Assembly: GCA_050331735.1 (NCBI GenBank)
Contig: JBHJGN010000008.1
Coordinates: forward strand, 25,297-89,296
Direction of reading: 5' to 3'
Length of the DNA stretch: 64,000 nt
Source of the DNA: Cyanophyceae cyanobacterium
Lineage (GTDB): Bacteria > Cyanobacteriota > Cyanobacteriia > Cyanobacteriales > JBHJGN01
Made by a program: the position numbers and the translations under genes. Positions 50,445 to 61,708 of the stretch are shown piece by piece. A model generated the notes under the pieces. The model ran no database searches. It was given only the letters and a program-made list of their open reading frames with translations, and was not told where the DNA came from. Numbering within the stretch: the stretch's first letter is position 1; the number at the start of each line of letters is the position of its first letter.

Positions 50445-51419
50445 ATGACTTTTATTCGCATTCCTAAATCCTGGCAAATTCCAGAGTCCCAGGCAACATC
50501 GGAAACTGCCTATTATAGCCGGCGTCGGTTTATCAAAAGCTTAATCGGAGCCGGAATCGGCGCTAGCGCGGTGTCTCTCGCTGGCTGCCAAAATGCCTCC
50601 CAATCGGCGCTAGAAGCCTCTCTCGATTTGCCTCAGCTTTCGGCTACACCAAATCCCGCCTTTGCCTCGGCAAATCGACCAATTACTACCGAAAACCTCG
50701 CCGGACAGTACAATAACTTTTACGAGTTTGGCGGCACTAAAAAGATTTGGCTCAAGGCCCAAAACTTACCAACCGACCCCTGGCAGGTAGAAGTCACCGG
50801 ACTGGTAAACAATCCCCGCATCTACGACATTGATGACCTCAAAAAGTTTCCGCTAGAGGAGCGCGTGTATCGCTTTCGCTGCGTGGAGGCGTGGTCGATG
50901 GTGCTGCCGTGGACCGGGTTTCCGATGAAGGCATTAATAGAAGATGTAGAGCCAACTTCCCAAGCAAAATTTGTCAGCTTTACCTCCTTCTATGACCCCG
51001 ACATTACCCCTGGTCCCGGCATTCATTTAGGATCTTTGCCTTGGCCTTATACAGAAGGGCTGCGGATTGAAGAGATGGCCAATGAACTCGCCTTCTTTGC
51101 CGTAGGAATCTACGGTCACGACTTACCAAAGCAGCACGGTGCGCCGATCCGCATGGTACTTCCCTGGAAGTATGGCTTCAAGGGAGCCAAATCCATCGTC
51201 AAAATTGAGTTTTTGGAGTCTCAACCCGCTACCTACTGGAATACCATTAATCCTCGGGAATACGGCTTTGAAGCCAACGTTAATCCCAACAAGCCCCATC
51301 CGAGATGGTCGCAAGCGACAGAAAAATTTGTCGGCAACAGTTCAGATTTCTCCTGGGAACGGAAGGAAACCTTACTCTATAACGGCTATGAAAAATATGT
51401 TGGTGGTTTGTATGCTTAG
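50445..51419 (+). CDS. msrP: Protein-methionine-sulfoxide reductase catalytic subunit
   Basis: Tat motif SRRRFIK, YNNFYEFG, RFRCVEAWS, PWKYGFKGAK, HPRWSQA. Confidence 0.95.
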   Translation: MTFIRIPKSWQIPESQATSETAYYSRRRFIKSLIGAGIGASAVSLAGCQNASQSALEASLDLPQLSATPNPAFASANRPITTENLAGQYNNFYEFGGTKKIWLKAQNLPTDPWQVEVTGLVNNPRIYDIDDLKKFPLEERVYRFRCVEAWSMVLPWTGFPMKALIEDVEPTSQAKFVSFTSFYDPDITPGPGIHLGSLPWPYTEGLRIEEMANELAFFAVGIYGHDLPKQHGAPIRMVLPWKYGFKGAKSIVKIEFLESQPATYWNTINPREYGFEANVNPNKPHPRWSQATEKFVGNSSDFSWERKETLLYNGYEKYVGGLYA

Positions 51420-51529
51420 TTACTCCGCTTCGCTTTGAGGCAACATTAACTTTTTCCTGCTAAATTTTGCTTTTTGGATCGAAGAGATAGCTGCTACCGT
51501 TATGGTTAATGACCGTCCTCTAAAAAACC

Positions 51530-52462
51530 ATGTCTGCCAATCATCTTCGTATTATCTCGCTTCTGCCTAGCGCTACCGAAATTGTGGCGGCGTTAGGGCT
51601 GACCGATCAACTTGTCGGGCGATCGCACGAATGCGACTACCCCCCAGAAGTTCAGGATCTCCCAATTTGTACTGAAGCGAGTCTTAATGCTCAAAAGCCT
51701 AGCGCTGAGATTGATGCCGACGTACAATCCCTCGTTAAAGCAGCGCTCAGCCTCTATCAGATCAAAACGGATGTTGTAGACCAGCTTCAACCCACGCACA
51801 TTGTTACTCAAGATCAGTGCGATGTGTGTGCTGTCAGCTTTGGGGATGTACAGAAGGCGGTCAAAGAGCTAATCCACAGCCAGCCCGAGATTATCTCTCT
51901 CCAGCCGAATGTGCTAGTCGATGTGTGGGCCGATATGGAACGGGTGGCGCAGGCGTTAGGAGTGGAGGCAAAACCCGCCCTAGACAAGCTCCAGTCTCGC
52001 ATTGATGCTTGTAGAGAAAAAACGCAAAACTTACCGCATATCCCTAGGGTGGCAACGTTTGAGTGGACCGATCCGCCAATGGCAGCAGGCAACTGGATTC
52101 CAGAACTCGTTAAGCTGGCAGGCGGCGAGCCACTATTTGGAGCAGTGGGCGAGCGATCGCCCTATTTAGAGTGGGAAAACGTTGTTAAAGCCGACCCAGA
52201 AATGATCGTTGTGTTGCCCTGCGGCTTCGATTTAGAACGGACTCGCCAAGAAACTCTCGCCCTAACTAAACAACCCGGCTGGTCAGAGTTGCAGGCCGTC
52301 AAAGCCGGAAAAGTCTTCATCGCCGATGGTAATGCCTACTTTAACCGTCCTGGTCCGCGCTTGGTCGATTCTCTAGAAATTCTGGCAGAAATCATTCACC
52401 CAGAACTGTTTAACTTTGGCTATCGAGGCACTGGGTGGGAGAACTTTGAAACTAGCCATTGA
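51530..52462 (+). CDS. BtuF-like cobalamin/Fe-siderophore binding-protein fold, no signal peptide seen
   Basis: RIISLLPSATEI, GRSHECDYP, FNRPGPRL. Confidence 0.85.
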   Translation: MSANHLRIISLLPSATEIVAALGLTDQLVGRSHECDYPPEVQDLPICTEASLNAQKPSAEIDADVQSLVKAALSLYQIKTDVVDQLQPTHIVTQDQCDVCAVSFGDVQKAVKELIHSQPEIISLQPNVLVDVWADMERVAQALGVEAKPALDKLQSRIDACREKTQNLPHIPRVATFEWTDPPMAAGNWIPELVKLAGGEPLFGAVGERSPYLEWENVVKADPEMIVVLPCGFDLERTRQETLALTKQPGWSELQAVKAGKVFIADGNAYFNRPGPRLVDSLEILAEIIHPELFNFGYRGTGWENFETSH

Positions 52463-52710
52463 CCAAATTTAGGAATGTTTGGAAGCAACAGTGATTCCAC
52501 GAGGCTATTACTGCTAGCATTAAAGACCCACTAGCGCGATCGCAGGGCTTTTCCTACTTAGCCAGAATCTACCTAAAGAACGATCATCAAGCTGAAGCGA
52601 ACCTGCAACAGATTCTTGAGCAATACCGCTCAAGCGACAGCAGCGACTGAAGAGGCGAGTTGAGCTACGATAATAGAAAGAGCTAACCATTTGCACAGAA
52701 AGCAACTGCT

Positions 52711-52962
52711 ATGAAAATCTTAGCTAACCTAATTATTTCCGCAATTGTTGCTGCCTGGATTGGGGCTATTGCCGTTTTTTCAATTCAAAATATCGAGCCT
52801 GTATCCCTGCAATTCTTGTTATTTGAAACCATTGAGCTACCCATCGGAGTGCTGCTGGCCTTTTGTCTAGGAATTGGACTTGTGATTGGGGCGATCGTTC
52901 CTTTGTTATGGCAGCGCAAAAAGTCTGCTCGACGGCAGCGCGATCCCGAGTTTGATTTTTAA
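52711..52962 (+). CDS. LapA/DUF1049-family membrane protein
   Basis: TM helix, QN...VSLQFL, LP, second TM helix. Confidence 0.8.
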   Translation: MKILANLIISAIVAAWIGAIAVFSIQNIEPVSLQFLLFETIELPIGVLLAFCLGIGLVIGAIVPLLWQRKKSARRQRDPEFDF

Positions 52963-53070
52963 GCAAAGGAGAGGCTGAAGAAGCCGCAGAATCAGCGAAT
53001 TGAGGAGAAATTGAGTGTACTACATACTCAGTCTGTGGTATTTTTCTATATTTGGCACCAAAGCGACAGC

Positions 53071-55565
53071 ATGACGACGTTTCTTACAGACTCTACCGAT
53101 ATTGCTAGGCTCCATTTCTCATCACGGCTAAATCTTAAGCAGCGTAGTAAACTAGGACAGTTTTTGACTCCTGCCCCACTTGCTCGTTTCATGGCGGGAC
53201 AATTTAGTAATCTCTTTGGTCACGTCAGATTTTTAGACCCCGGAGCCGGAGTTGGAGCATTAACTGCTGCATTTGTAGAGCGACTATTAGCAAATCCTAG
53301 TCAAGTTAAGAGCTGTTCCATAACAGCATATGAAGTTGAACCAACTTTTCTATTCCCTTTAAGGCAATGCCTTGAAGAGTGCTGTTTAGCCTTGAAAAAC
53401 AGAGGAATACGAGCAAATTACTGTTTACTAGAAGAAAGCTTCATCAATTCCGCTGCTGTCATGAGCTTTCCTCTTCTCAACACATCCTCTATGGGGTTTA
53501 CTCACGCAATTCTGAATCCACCTTATAAAAAAATTAGTAGTCAATCAGTTGAAAAGAAAATTTTATCTAAACTTGGGATCGAAACTGTTAATCTGTACAG
53601 CGCATTTGTCTGGCTTACTATATTACAAATTTCCCAGGACGGAGAGATTGTGGCAATTACCCCTAGAAGTTTCTGTAATGGTGCTTACTTTCGTCCTTTT
53701 CGTCAAGCTTTTTTAGAAAATGTAAGAATAAAAAAAATTCATGTTTTTGAGAGTCGTTCAGTAACTTTCTCTGAAGACAAAGTCTTGCAAGAGAATATCA
53801 TTTTTTTAGCAAAAAAACAAGAAATAAGCCCAATTATGTAGAAATCTCCAATAATTCTGAAACTAAGTTAGACGAAATTTCAGAATTAAGGCGTGTTTCT
53901 TATAGCGAAGTTGTTGAAGATAACGATGCTGAGAAATTCATTCATATTGTCACAAGCTCTCTTGAAGATTCTTTTCGATTACAGATGCAAAATTTTTCAT
54001 CTACTTTAGATGAAATGGGTATAGAAGTTTCAACTGGTCCAGTTGTCGATTTTCGACTTAAATCAGCTTTAAGAAGTTGTTTAGATGAGCAAAGTGTCCC
54101 TTTATTTTACCCAGAAACTATCAAGGCGGGAAAAGTTACATTCCCACCCAGTAATCCTCGTAAGCCAATCGCTATTGAACAAAATAAAGAAACAAATAAA
54201 TGGTTAATTCAATCGGGTTGGTACGTTTTAACAAAGCGTTTTTCTGCTAAGGAGGAAAAGCGACGTGTTGTTGCTGCTGTGTGTTCTCCAGTAGATGCGC
54301 CAGCATTGGGAATAGAAAATCACCTTAACTACTACCATGCCAGAGGTCAAGGAATGAACCCTGACCTTGCAAGAGGTCTGGCAGCATTTCTCAATTCAAC
54401 TTTATTTGATCATTACTTCCGCCAGTTTAGCGGCCACACGCAAGTCAATGCAACTGATTTACGGAAAATTAAGTACCCTTGCAAAGATGATTTAGTCCGT
54501 CTAGGAAGCCAAATTGCCGATTCTCATTTTGATCAAGAGGAACTTGATGAAGTTGTACACAAAACCTTATCGATTATGGATGAAGCAACAAATGCAGTAC
54601 AGGCTGGTAAACGAATCGAGGAGGCATTAGCAATTCTCAAAGCTATTTCTGCTCCAAGAGCGCAACAGAATGAACGCTCAGCACTTTGCTTACTAGCATT
54701 AGCAGACATTCGACCTGAAGTACCTTGGAGTCAAGCGACAGCACCAAGACGAGGCATTACAGAGATGATGGAGTGGTTTCGTGTTTACTACGGCAAACAA
54801 TATGCACCAAATACACGCGAAACGGTTCGACGGCAGACGATGCATCAATTTGTACAGATGGGAATAGTTGTTGAAAATCCAGATCGACCGATTAACAGCC
54901 CAAAATGGTGTTATCAACTTCATCAACAAGCACTATCACTTCTTAAATTTTATGGCTTTGAGCAGTGGGAAGAGGCTCGTCGAAACTATGCTGTTTTAGC
55001 CACAAACTTATTGCAGGATAAAAATCGTAACATATCGATGATCCCTGTTAGTCTACCTGACGGTCAAGCCATTCAGCTATCATCAGGTGGACAAAACAAC
55101 CTAATAAAAGACATTTTAGAAGGATTCTGTCCCAGATTCACTCCTAGAGGTTTAGTTCTCTATGTGGGTGATGCTGGAGATAAATTTGTCATCAATGAAA
55201 CTCAGAAATTCCGAGACATAGGAATTGAATTAAACCCTCACGGAAAGATACCAGATATTGTAGTTTACTATGAGCGGAAAGACTGGCTTGTATTGATAGA
55301 AGCTGTGACTAGTCATGGTCCTGTCAGCGTTCTCTCGGATGCAAGTTCCGAGAGCTGCACTGACTACGTCAATTTGAAACGTCACAATGAATTGAAGCAG
55401 CTTTTTGAGTCTAGTTGCAAAGGATTAGTTTTCGTTAGTGCTTTCCCAAGCCGCAAGGAAATGACTCGGTATCTTGCTGAAATTGCTTGGGAAACAGAAG
55501 TTTGGGTAGCAGATCAACCCGACCACATGATTCATTTCAATGGTGAACGATTCCTTGGTCCATAA
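53071..55565 (+). pseudogene. Frameshifted fusion of N6-adenine methyltransferase and BsuBI/PstI-type restriction endonuclease
   Basis: GQFLTP, LDPGAGVG, NPPY in ORF1; -1 frameshift at the T7/A7 runs (53801-53817); ORF2 has STGPVVDFR, then YAPNTRETVRRQT, HGKIPD, EAVTSHGP, IAWETEVW. Confidence 0.85.
55323..55371. repeat. 45-bp in-frame palindromic insertion flanked by GTCA direct repeats
   Basis: GTCA-gcgtt-CTCTCGGA-tgcaagt-TCCGAGAG-ctgcactgactac-GTCA interrupts HGPV|NLKR. Confidence 0.75.
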
Positions 55566-55834
55566 GAAGATCCAGAACATCGTTCCTGAAAATATGGTTG
55601 TGAAAGTGCATCTGAAAAAATAATCAAGCAGACAATTGAGAAATCTGAGTTGTAATAACATAAATACCTACCGTCGCCTATTTAAGCCGTTGAATGTTAC
55701 TTCTTCCTCGAGACAATGCTCTGGTACTAGTGTTACTAGACAAATTTTATCAATCTTCGCTACTCCCTACTTAAAGGATGAGCGACATAATAGAAGCAAG
55801 AAGGTTTAGCTAATCGGCAAATTAGGAGATTTTC

Positions 55835-56710
55835 ATGTTTTTGGTCACGGGCGCAACCGGATCGCTAGGACGGAGGATTGTGCGGCAGATACGAGAGCAA
55901 GACCTGAGCGCAAAAGCTTTTGTGCGCTTATTCTCCCGCTATAGCGAACTAGAACACCGAGGAGCAGAAATTTTCATTGGCGATTTACACAGAGAGCAAG
56001 ATATTCAAAAAGCCTGTCAGGGAATGAGATACATAATCAGCGCTCACGGTTCTGACGGAGATGCTCAAGCGCTTGACTACCGAGCCAATATTGAGCTAAT
56101 CGACTGCGCCAAACAGGTTGGCATTGAGCATTTTGTCTATATTTCCGTCCTCGGGGTAGAGCGGGGGTACGAAGATGCTCCGGTGTTTAAAGCCAAGCGA
56201 GAGGTAGAGAAATATCTCATCGCTAGCGGAATCCCCTATACCATCCTGCGCCCTGCCGGATTTGCTAACAATTTGCTGCCGCTCGCTGAACGGTTTCGCG
56301 ATACAGGTATTTATCTGCAAATTGGCGATTCAAAAAATCGGACTTCTATTGTCAGCACCGACGATCTCGCCAAAATTGCGGTCCATTCTGTCAGTATTGA
56401 AGATGCCAAAAATAGAGTGTTATCTGTTGGGGGAGCGGACGTGCTCAAGCGAGAAGATATTCCCCGGATTTTTGCTCGCATTTTTAAGCGAGAGCCGATT
56501 TTGATTAATCCTCCGTTAGTTGCGTTTGATGCGGTACGAAGTGCATTAGGGCTATTCAATCCGCAAGCACAGCGTTCTTTAGGAACGTTGCGAACTCTGC
56601 TTGCTAACGAATTTTTTTGCACTCCAGAAGAAATTGCTACCATCGAATCTCTTTATCAGCTCAAGATGGAATCACTAGAAAGCTTCCTGCGACGTTATTT
56701 AGGCAGTTAA
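55835..56710 (+). CDS. Atypical SDR / NmrA-like NAD(P)H-binding protein
   Basis: VTGATGSLG, YTILRP. Confidence 0.88.
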   Translation: MFLVTGATGSLGRRIVRQIREQDLSAKAFVRLFSRYSELEHRGAEIFIGDLHREQDIQKACQGMRYIISAHGSDGDAQALDYRANIELIDCAKQVGIEHFVYISVLGVERGYEDAPVFKAKREVEKYLIASGIPYTILRPAGFANNLLPLAERFRDTGIYLQIGDSKNRTSIVSTDDLAKIAVHSVSIEDAKNRVLSVGGADVLKREDIPRIFARIFKREPILINPPLVAFDAVRSALGLFNPQAQRSLGTLRTLLANEFFCTPEEIATIESLYQLKMESLESFLRRYLGS

Positions 56711-56920
56711 GCGCTGCCAGCGCCGGGAAAGGATAAGGAGAAAAGGGCGTTTTTTGGTTTCTCCTGATGCCTGACCATCTGCCATAGTCTCCTTTGAATA
56801 CTGTAGAGGGTGTTGAATCAGCGAGGGATACAGGCACAGTATTAAAAGGAGACAATCAGCCATCAACTATTAACAACAGGTTGAACTAAACTCGATGAAG
56901 ACGAGAACGGCTTTACTCAC

Positions 56921-57499
56921 TTAATTAGATGAGCCAGTAAAATTAATCCGGGCAGAACCCAAGTACAGACCAGTACTTTGCTCTCCTACTGGAAAGGCAG
57001 TTACGCCAAACTGATAAACGCCCCCGAAATGGGGATTTTTTCTGGCTTTGACAGAAACGGTTACCGTATTGCCAGGTTCTACCGGTTCGTCAAAGACAAC
57101 CGTCACTTCATTGTCATCAGGTTCCATCCCGCCGATGCTAGACACTGCTAGAGAACGGCTAATGTTGAATTGGTCTGTAGCGGTGGCGCTACTTTCGCTG
57201 GGGTTGAAACTGATTTCTTCGACGTTTTCTTGTTGATTAATAGTAAGCGCTTCTAAAGGTGCGCCAGCATTTTCTGGCACTTGAATTTGAAAATGATAGG
57301 TTGAGGACGCACTAGGAGCAATATGGCTCGCGTTAGCATCTACTAAACGCGGCGCTCTCACAAAGGTAGACCGTCCGCTTCTGCCTTCAATGGCTTTTGC
57401 AGATGAACTGACTAAAGTAGCCGGAATAATTGACCCGAATAGTAAAGCCCCAATCATACTAACTTGCAGAAATCGCTTGGATCTGATGATGTTAAGCAT
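56921..57499 (-). CDS. DUF2808 domain exported protein
   Basis: Signal peptide, PVEPGNTVTV, NP..GGVYQFGVTAFP. Confidence 0.85.
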   Translation of the reverse strand: MLNIIRSKRFLQVSMIGALLFGSIIPATLVSSSAKAIEGRSGRSTFVRAPRLVDANASHIAPSASSTYHFQIQVPENAGAPLEALTINQQENVEEISFNPSESSATATDQFNISRSLAVSSIGGMEPDDNEVTVVFDEPVEPGNTVTVSVKARKNPHFGGVYQFGVTAFPVGEQSTGLYLGSARINFTGSSN

Positions 57500-57952
57500 A
57501 GTTGCCTCCGATTGTATATAAACGATGTTGCTGAGTGTGAAGCAATCTATCTCGGAAAACTACTCTTCACGATTTGAACACTGTTGAACGGGAGATAGCG
57601 ATGAACTTAGCCTAATATGGGCGGAAGAGTCGTTTCAAAGTTAAGCGAGGATGTATTGCTTTCTATAATCTATGAGAACGTATCCAGGTGAGCGTCTTGT
57701 TAAAGCTAAATGAGAAAGAACTGAGCGCTACTAAAGAAATCTAAATTAAGCTGTATTAATAATTACATTGTCGAATATATTTCAAGTAATTCGGGGAGAT
57801 GCTTCACAAAAATTTGTGTTTTTACTGTTGACAAACCAAGTGGGAAATGCAGATTCTAAGCGTGGTCATATCGTCCTCACCGAGCGATCGCCAACAACCA
57901 GTTGTGATGAACCCATCGTTAAGCTAAGAACAGTGACTAGAAACGAGGCAGC

Positions 57953-58903
57953 ATGGAATTGTTTAAACAGATCGAGGATGCCAGAGAACACCTCCGGGGA
58001 CAGGCGCTGGAAACACCTGTCATGACTTCGAGTACGCTGAATGAGCGACTGAACGCCAAGGTCTTTTTCAAATGCGAAAACTTTCAGAAAGGGGGAGCGT
58101 TTAAGTTTCGGGGCGTTTACAATGCCCTCTCGCAGCTTTCAGATGCCGAACGCGATCACGGCGTCATTACCCACTCCTCAGGAAATCATGCCCAAGCCGT
58201 TGCTTTAGTCGGGCGACTGTTAGGCATTGCCACCACTGTGGTGATGCCAGCCGATGCGCCAGCGATTAAACGCGCTGCGACTCAGGAATATGGAGCGGAA
58301 ATCGTGCTGTATGACCCAAAAACGACCACCCGGGAAGCACTGTCTCACTCTCTTCAGCAGCAGCATGGCTACACCATGATTCCTCCGTTTGACCATGCAG
58401 ACATTATCGCGGGTCAAGGAACCGCTGCCGTTGAGCTGATTGAAGCGGTAGAATCTTTAGACCTGGTCCTGGTTCCCTGCGGTGGCGGGGGACTGTTGAG
58501 CGGTACGGCGATCGCCCTCAAGCATCTGTGTCCCGGCTGTCGAGTGGTGGGCATTGAACCAGAATTAGCAGACGATGCTGCCCGTTCGTTTCGTACTCAA
58601 CAACTGCATACTATCAGTAACCCACCCACCATCGCTGACGGAACGCGCACTGCCTCTCTCGGTCAGCTCACGTTTCCCCTCGTACTAGAGTACGTAGACG
58701 ACATGCAAACGGTTTCCGAAGCGGCGATCGCTGCCGCCGTCCAGTATTTGTTCTACCGAATGAAGCTTGTCGTTGAACCCTCTGGCGCACTCGGTTTAGC
58801 AGCCCTATTGAGTCGCAACATTGAGTCAAGAGGACGAATTGGTGTTATTCTCAGCGGTGGCAACGTAGATGGGACAACATTGTATCATTTGCTTGGTGCT
58901 TAG
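57953..58903 (+). CDS. PLP-dependent serine/threonine dehydratase family protein
   Basis: KCENFQKGGAFKFRG, SSGNH, GGGGL, EPSG, SGGN. Confidence 0.92.
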   Translation: MELFKQIEDAREHLRGQALETPVMTSSTLNERLNAKVFFKCENFQKGGAFKFRGVYNALSQLSDAERDHGVITHSSGNHAQAVALVGRLLGIATTVVMPADAPAIKRAATQEYGAEIVLYDPKTTTREALSHSLQQQHGYTMIPPFDHADIIAGQGTAAVELIEAVESLDLVLVPCGGGGLLSGTAIALKHLCPGCRVVGIEPELADDAARSFRTQQLHTISNPPTIADGTRTASLGQLTFPLVLEYVDDMQTVSEAAIAAAVQYLFYRMKLVVEPSGALGLAALLSRNIESRGRIGVILSGGNVDGTTLYHLLGA

Positions 58904-58935
58904 GGAGAGGAAAAAGAATGTGGGAAAAGGGATTT

Positions 58936-59355
58936 TTAAAGGTAATCAAGAAACTGCTGGGGAACGACTCGTAGCTGACCGGAAAGACAAGCTTCTCTAT
59001 CAATCCAAACAGCGGTTTTCTTCCGCTTGCCTTCGTTAAAATCAATTGCCCCTAGCTGATAGAACTGGGGGTCAGCAAAGTCACACTGATACAGTTGAAT
59101 AATTTCGTGACCGGGCTTGTTTTTAAACACAAAAATGTTTTCTAAACATCCTAAATAGCGAATATTAGTGAGTTCAGCGTCAATTTCTTCACGGAACTCT
59201 CGCTTAAGAGCCTCTAGGCTGGTTTCGCCGAAGTCAACGCCGCCGCCCATCGCTCGATAGAACGGTTGCTGTGTTGCCGGATCGACCCCTTGAGACAAAA
59301 AGGTGCGATCTCCTTGGGTAATTAACCCCAACGCCAGTACCCGAATATTTGGCAT
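58936..59355 (-). CDS. NUDIX hydrolase
   Basis: GGVDFGETSLEALKREFREE Nudix box. Confidence 0.9.
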   Translation of the reverse strand: MPNIRVLALGLITQGDRTFLSQGVDPATQQPFYRAMGGGVDFGETSLEALKREFREEIDAELTNIRYLGCLENIFVFKNKPGHEIIQLYQCDFADPQFYQLGAIDFNEGKRKKTAVWIDREACLSGQLRVVPQQFLDYL

Positions 59356-59804
59356 TAGTGATGATTATCTGAGTAAAACAGTTCTGGTCGCTCGGTGGCC
59401 CAATCTTCGTTTTGTCCACCAATAATAAGCCTTTTGATCTGGACGTACTCTTGGCTCAGTTGGCGCAGAGCGTTAATCAAAACATCGAGGGCAATCAGAT
59501 CGCTGGTTCCTAAATCAAACCAGCACCGTCCCCAAACCCCTTGATATTGCCAATCAGACATATTGTGCATTGGAGCCATCATACTTTCAGCAGCAATATC
59601 GGCCTTATAATCCATGTAGCTAATTTCGATTCCTGTTTCCTGCACCTGAAGATTTTCAGCGTTAAACCCTCCCAACTTACCAAGATAAAACCAGGAGTTG
59701 AATACTTCTTCAACGTACTGCTGTTCCATCGGTGAGGGAACGGTTTCAAACTCTAGCCAAATCCACAGATCGAAAGGGTTAAATTCGCGGAACTGTATTT
59801 CCAT
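59355..59804 (-). CDS. DUF3531 (CRR6-like) protein
   Basis: FNPFDLWIW, GKLGGFNAENLQ, DLGTSD. Confidence 0.85.
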   Translation of the reverse strand: MEIQFREFNPFDLWIWLEFETVPSPMEQQYVEEVFNSWFYLGKLGGFNAENLQVQETGIEISYMDYKADIAAESMMAPMHNMSDWQYQGVWGRCWFDLGTSDLIALDVLINALRQLSQEYVQIKRLIIGGQNEDWATERPELFYSDNHH

Positions 59805-59905
59805 TTATGACTTAGTATATTGCGGTTAAATTTAGCACAAAGGCAAGTGCCATTGTCTATCTCAAGTGTAATTCATCCAGCTTTCTTCTCTATTAACTCT
59901 TTCAG

Positions 59906-60724
59906 CTATCCCATAAAGAAAAGTTCGTAAATATTCAGTAAAACTTCGACAACAATTAAAATAACAATATACCACTCTACTCTGACAGCGCTACGATGCT
60001 GCATCAGATCGAGTACTATCTGAGCGGTACGAGAGATCAATTCTAGTTTACGTTCTAGGGCTTTATTGCGTTCGCGAATTTCGTATTCATCTTCTAGTCG
60101 CACATACAGCCGTTCCAAATTAGGATAATCCCATAGCTGTTCTGGCTTGTCTTCAATTCCTACCAAACCGACTGTGGTTTGCTGAACCATGATGTTGTTG
60201 CCAATTAGTTTTAAGAGATCTGCTCCCTGGTGACGACCATTACCAAAAGTTTTGATGCTAGCAGCGATCGGTTCGATTTTATCGAATACCTGAGTAATCG
60301 CATTTTCATAGTGGCTCAAAACAACGCTCTTGGCTAGAACATCAGCGACGATTTGCAACCGTTCGACGCTGAATTCTTTTAACTCTATGTTCCCATTATC
60401 GGTAATAATTTCTTTGGTATTGAAATTTAATTTTATTTGGGTTTCTTCAAATTCTGGTTCTTCTATTGGTTTAGTAATCCAGGGTCGCAAATTATTAATA
60501 AAAGCAGCTTCTTCTAAAGGATCGACCCCAAATAAAACAATCGCCCCATAACGCTGTAGTACTACACAACCATATTCGCCTGCGGCAATAGTTAGCGGCG
60601 AATCACCCAAACATTTAGTGTTCTCCAAAGTTCGCAAATCGAGCTTTTGCCCAATAAACATAGCGCGAACGCTGACAGTTTTTTCTCCTGCAAATTCAAC
60701 AATATTCGTTTCAGTAATATTCAT
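59906..60724 (-). CDS. RMD1/DUF155-family protein
   Basis: YGAIVLF, LAKSVVL, PEQLWD, EYEIRER, EWYIVILI. Confidence 0.88.
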   Translation of the reverse strand: MNITETNIVEFAGEKTVSVRAMFIGQKLDLRTLENTKCLGDSPLTIAAGEYGCVVLQRYGAIVLFGVDPLEEAAFINNLRPWITKPIEEPEFEETQIKLNFNTKEIITDNGNIELKEFSVERLQIVADVLAKSVVLSHYENAITQVFDKIEPIAASIKTFGNGRHQGADLLKLIGNNIMVQQTTVGLVGIEDKPEQLWDYPNLERLYVRLEDEYEIRERNKALERKLELISRTAQIVLDLMQHRSAVRVEWYIVILIVVEVLLNIYELFFMG

Positions 60725-60767
60725 CTCGCTCTAAATAGCTAATTAGTTTCGTAATCCGTAATTCGAT

Positions 60768-61313
60768 TTAACTGTGGGTAGTAACTTTAACTTCCATATC
60801 TTTATTCATTTCATAAATTTGTTTTTGTCGTCTCAAGGGACTCCATTGATACAGTAATAACTCAATCGGGTACCATAAGCTGACCCAACCAGCAATTAAA
60901 AAACCTTCGTTTAAAAACCTGTGTACTAATGTCGGTAAGTATTCTACCCTGTCGAAGAAGGTAGATATTATCAGACAGACTGCTAAAAAAAGTAGACCCC
61001 TTCGTAAAGCGCGAACTCCCTGTCCTCTTAGTGCGATTATATCGTTGGAAATCTTCTCAATCTTATGGTTACAGTAACGCTGCAAAGCATCGGCGATCGA
61101 GGTTTCGATATTTTCTGAAAGCTGATGGTCTGGAAGTAAGATTGTAGTTCGTACTTTGTCTGTTAGAGATGTGGGTTTGAGTTGATTGACAATACGCTCG
61201 ATCCCAGAACTAGAATCTGTCTGCGGGACAAAAAGATCGAATTCTGGTTCTTGGAATAAGTGTTTGATATTATCGAGCTTTAAATTGAAGTCATAGTAAC
61301 TATCGCTCATCAA
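60768..61313 (-). CDS. Hypothetical membrane protein
   Basis: Two TM helices; EGFLIAGWVSLWYP. Confidence 0.75.
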   Translation of the reverse strand: MMSDSYYDFNLKLDNIKHLFQEPEFDLFVPQTDSSSGIERIVNQLKPTSLTDKVRTTILLPDHQLSENIETSIADALQRYCNHKIEKISNDIIALRGQGVRALRRGLLFLAVCLIISTFFDRVEYLPTLVHRFLNEGFLIAGWVSLWYPIELLLYQWSPLRRQKQIYEMNKDMEVKVTTHS

Positions 61314-61461
61314 AGTAATTAAGAAAAATTAGACTTTGGACAGTAATAATATAGCCGTACAAAGTTAGATTACGACAATATCAGCGATAAGCAAGGGCGG
61401 CATAGTTTCGCTACGCTTTAAAAGCAGCATTTAATAAATAATGCCCTACTCAAGATTTTAT

Positions 61462-61706
61462 CTAAAAAAAAGAGGAAGGATTTGGTTCCTTCCTCATGTC
61501 GCAATTTTGTCGATTCGCTTGCGCTTCGTTGTTTTCTTTGAGTTTTTGCCGCAGTCGCTGCTGCTGTTTTTTAATTTGTCTGGCGCACGCTGGAGCGTGC
61601 CGCCTTTCCATAGGAAAGTCGAAGCTCGAAGCGAGCTTGCCGAACCGCCCTTTCCTTTGTCGTTGCGCCCTTGGCGACGGGGCGATTCCCAACTTTTTAA
61701 TCTCAT
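61462..61706 (-). pseudogene. Small basic protein gene frameshifted by a ~50-nt triple-hairpin insert
   Basis: MRLKSWESPRRQGRNDKGKGGS in one frame and ARQIKKQQQRLRQKLK in another, separated by hairpins at 61585-61638. Confidence 0.65.
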
Positions 61707-61708
61707 AT

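Noticed and set aside
50445..51419. msrP without an adjacent msrQ as unusual
   Set aside because: As I recall, unlinked msrP is common in cyanobacteria, and the partner may lie outside the window
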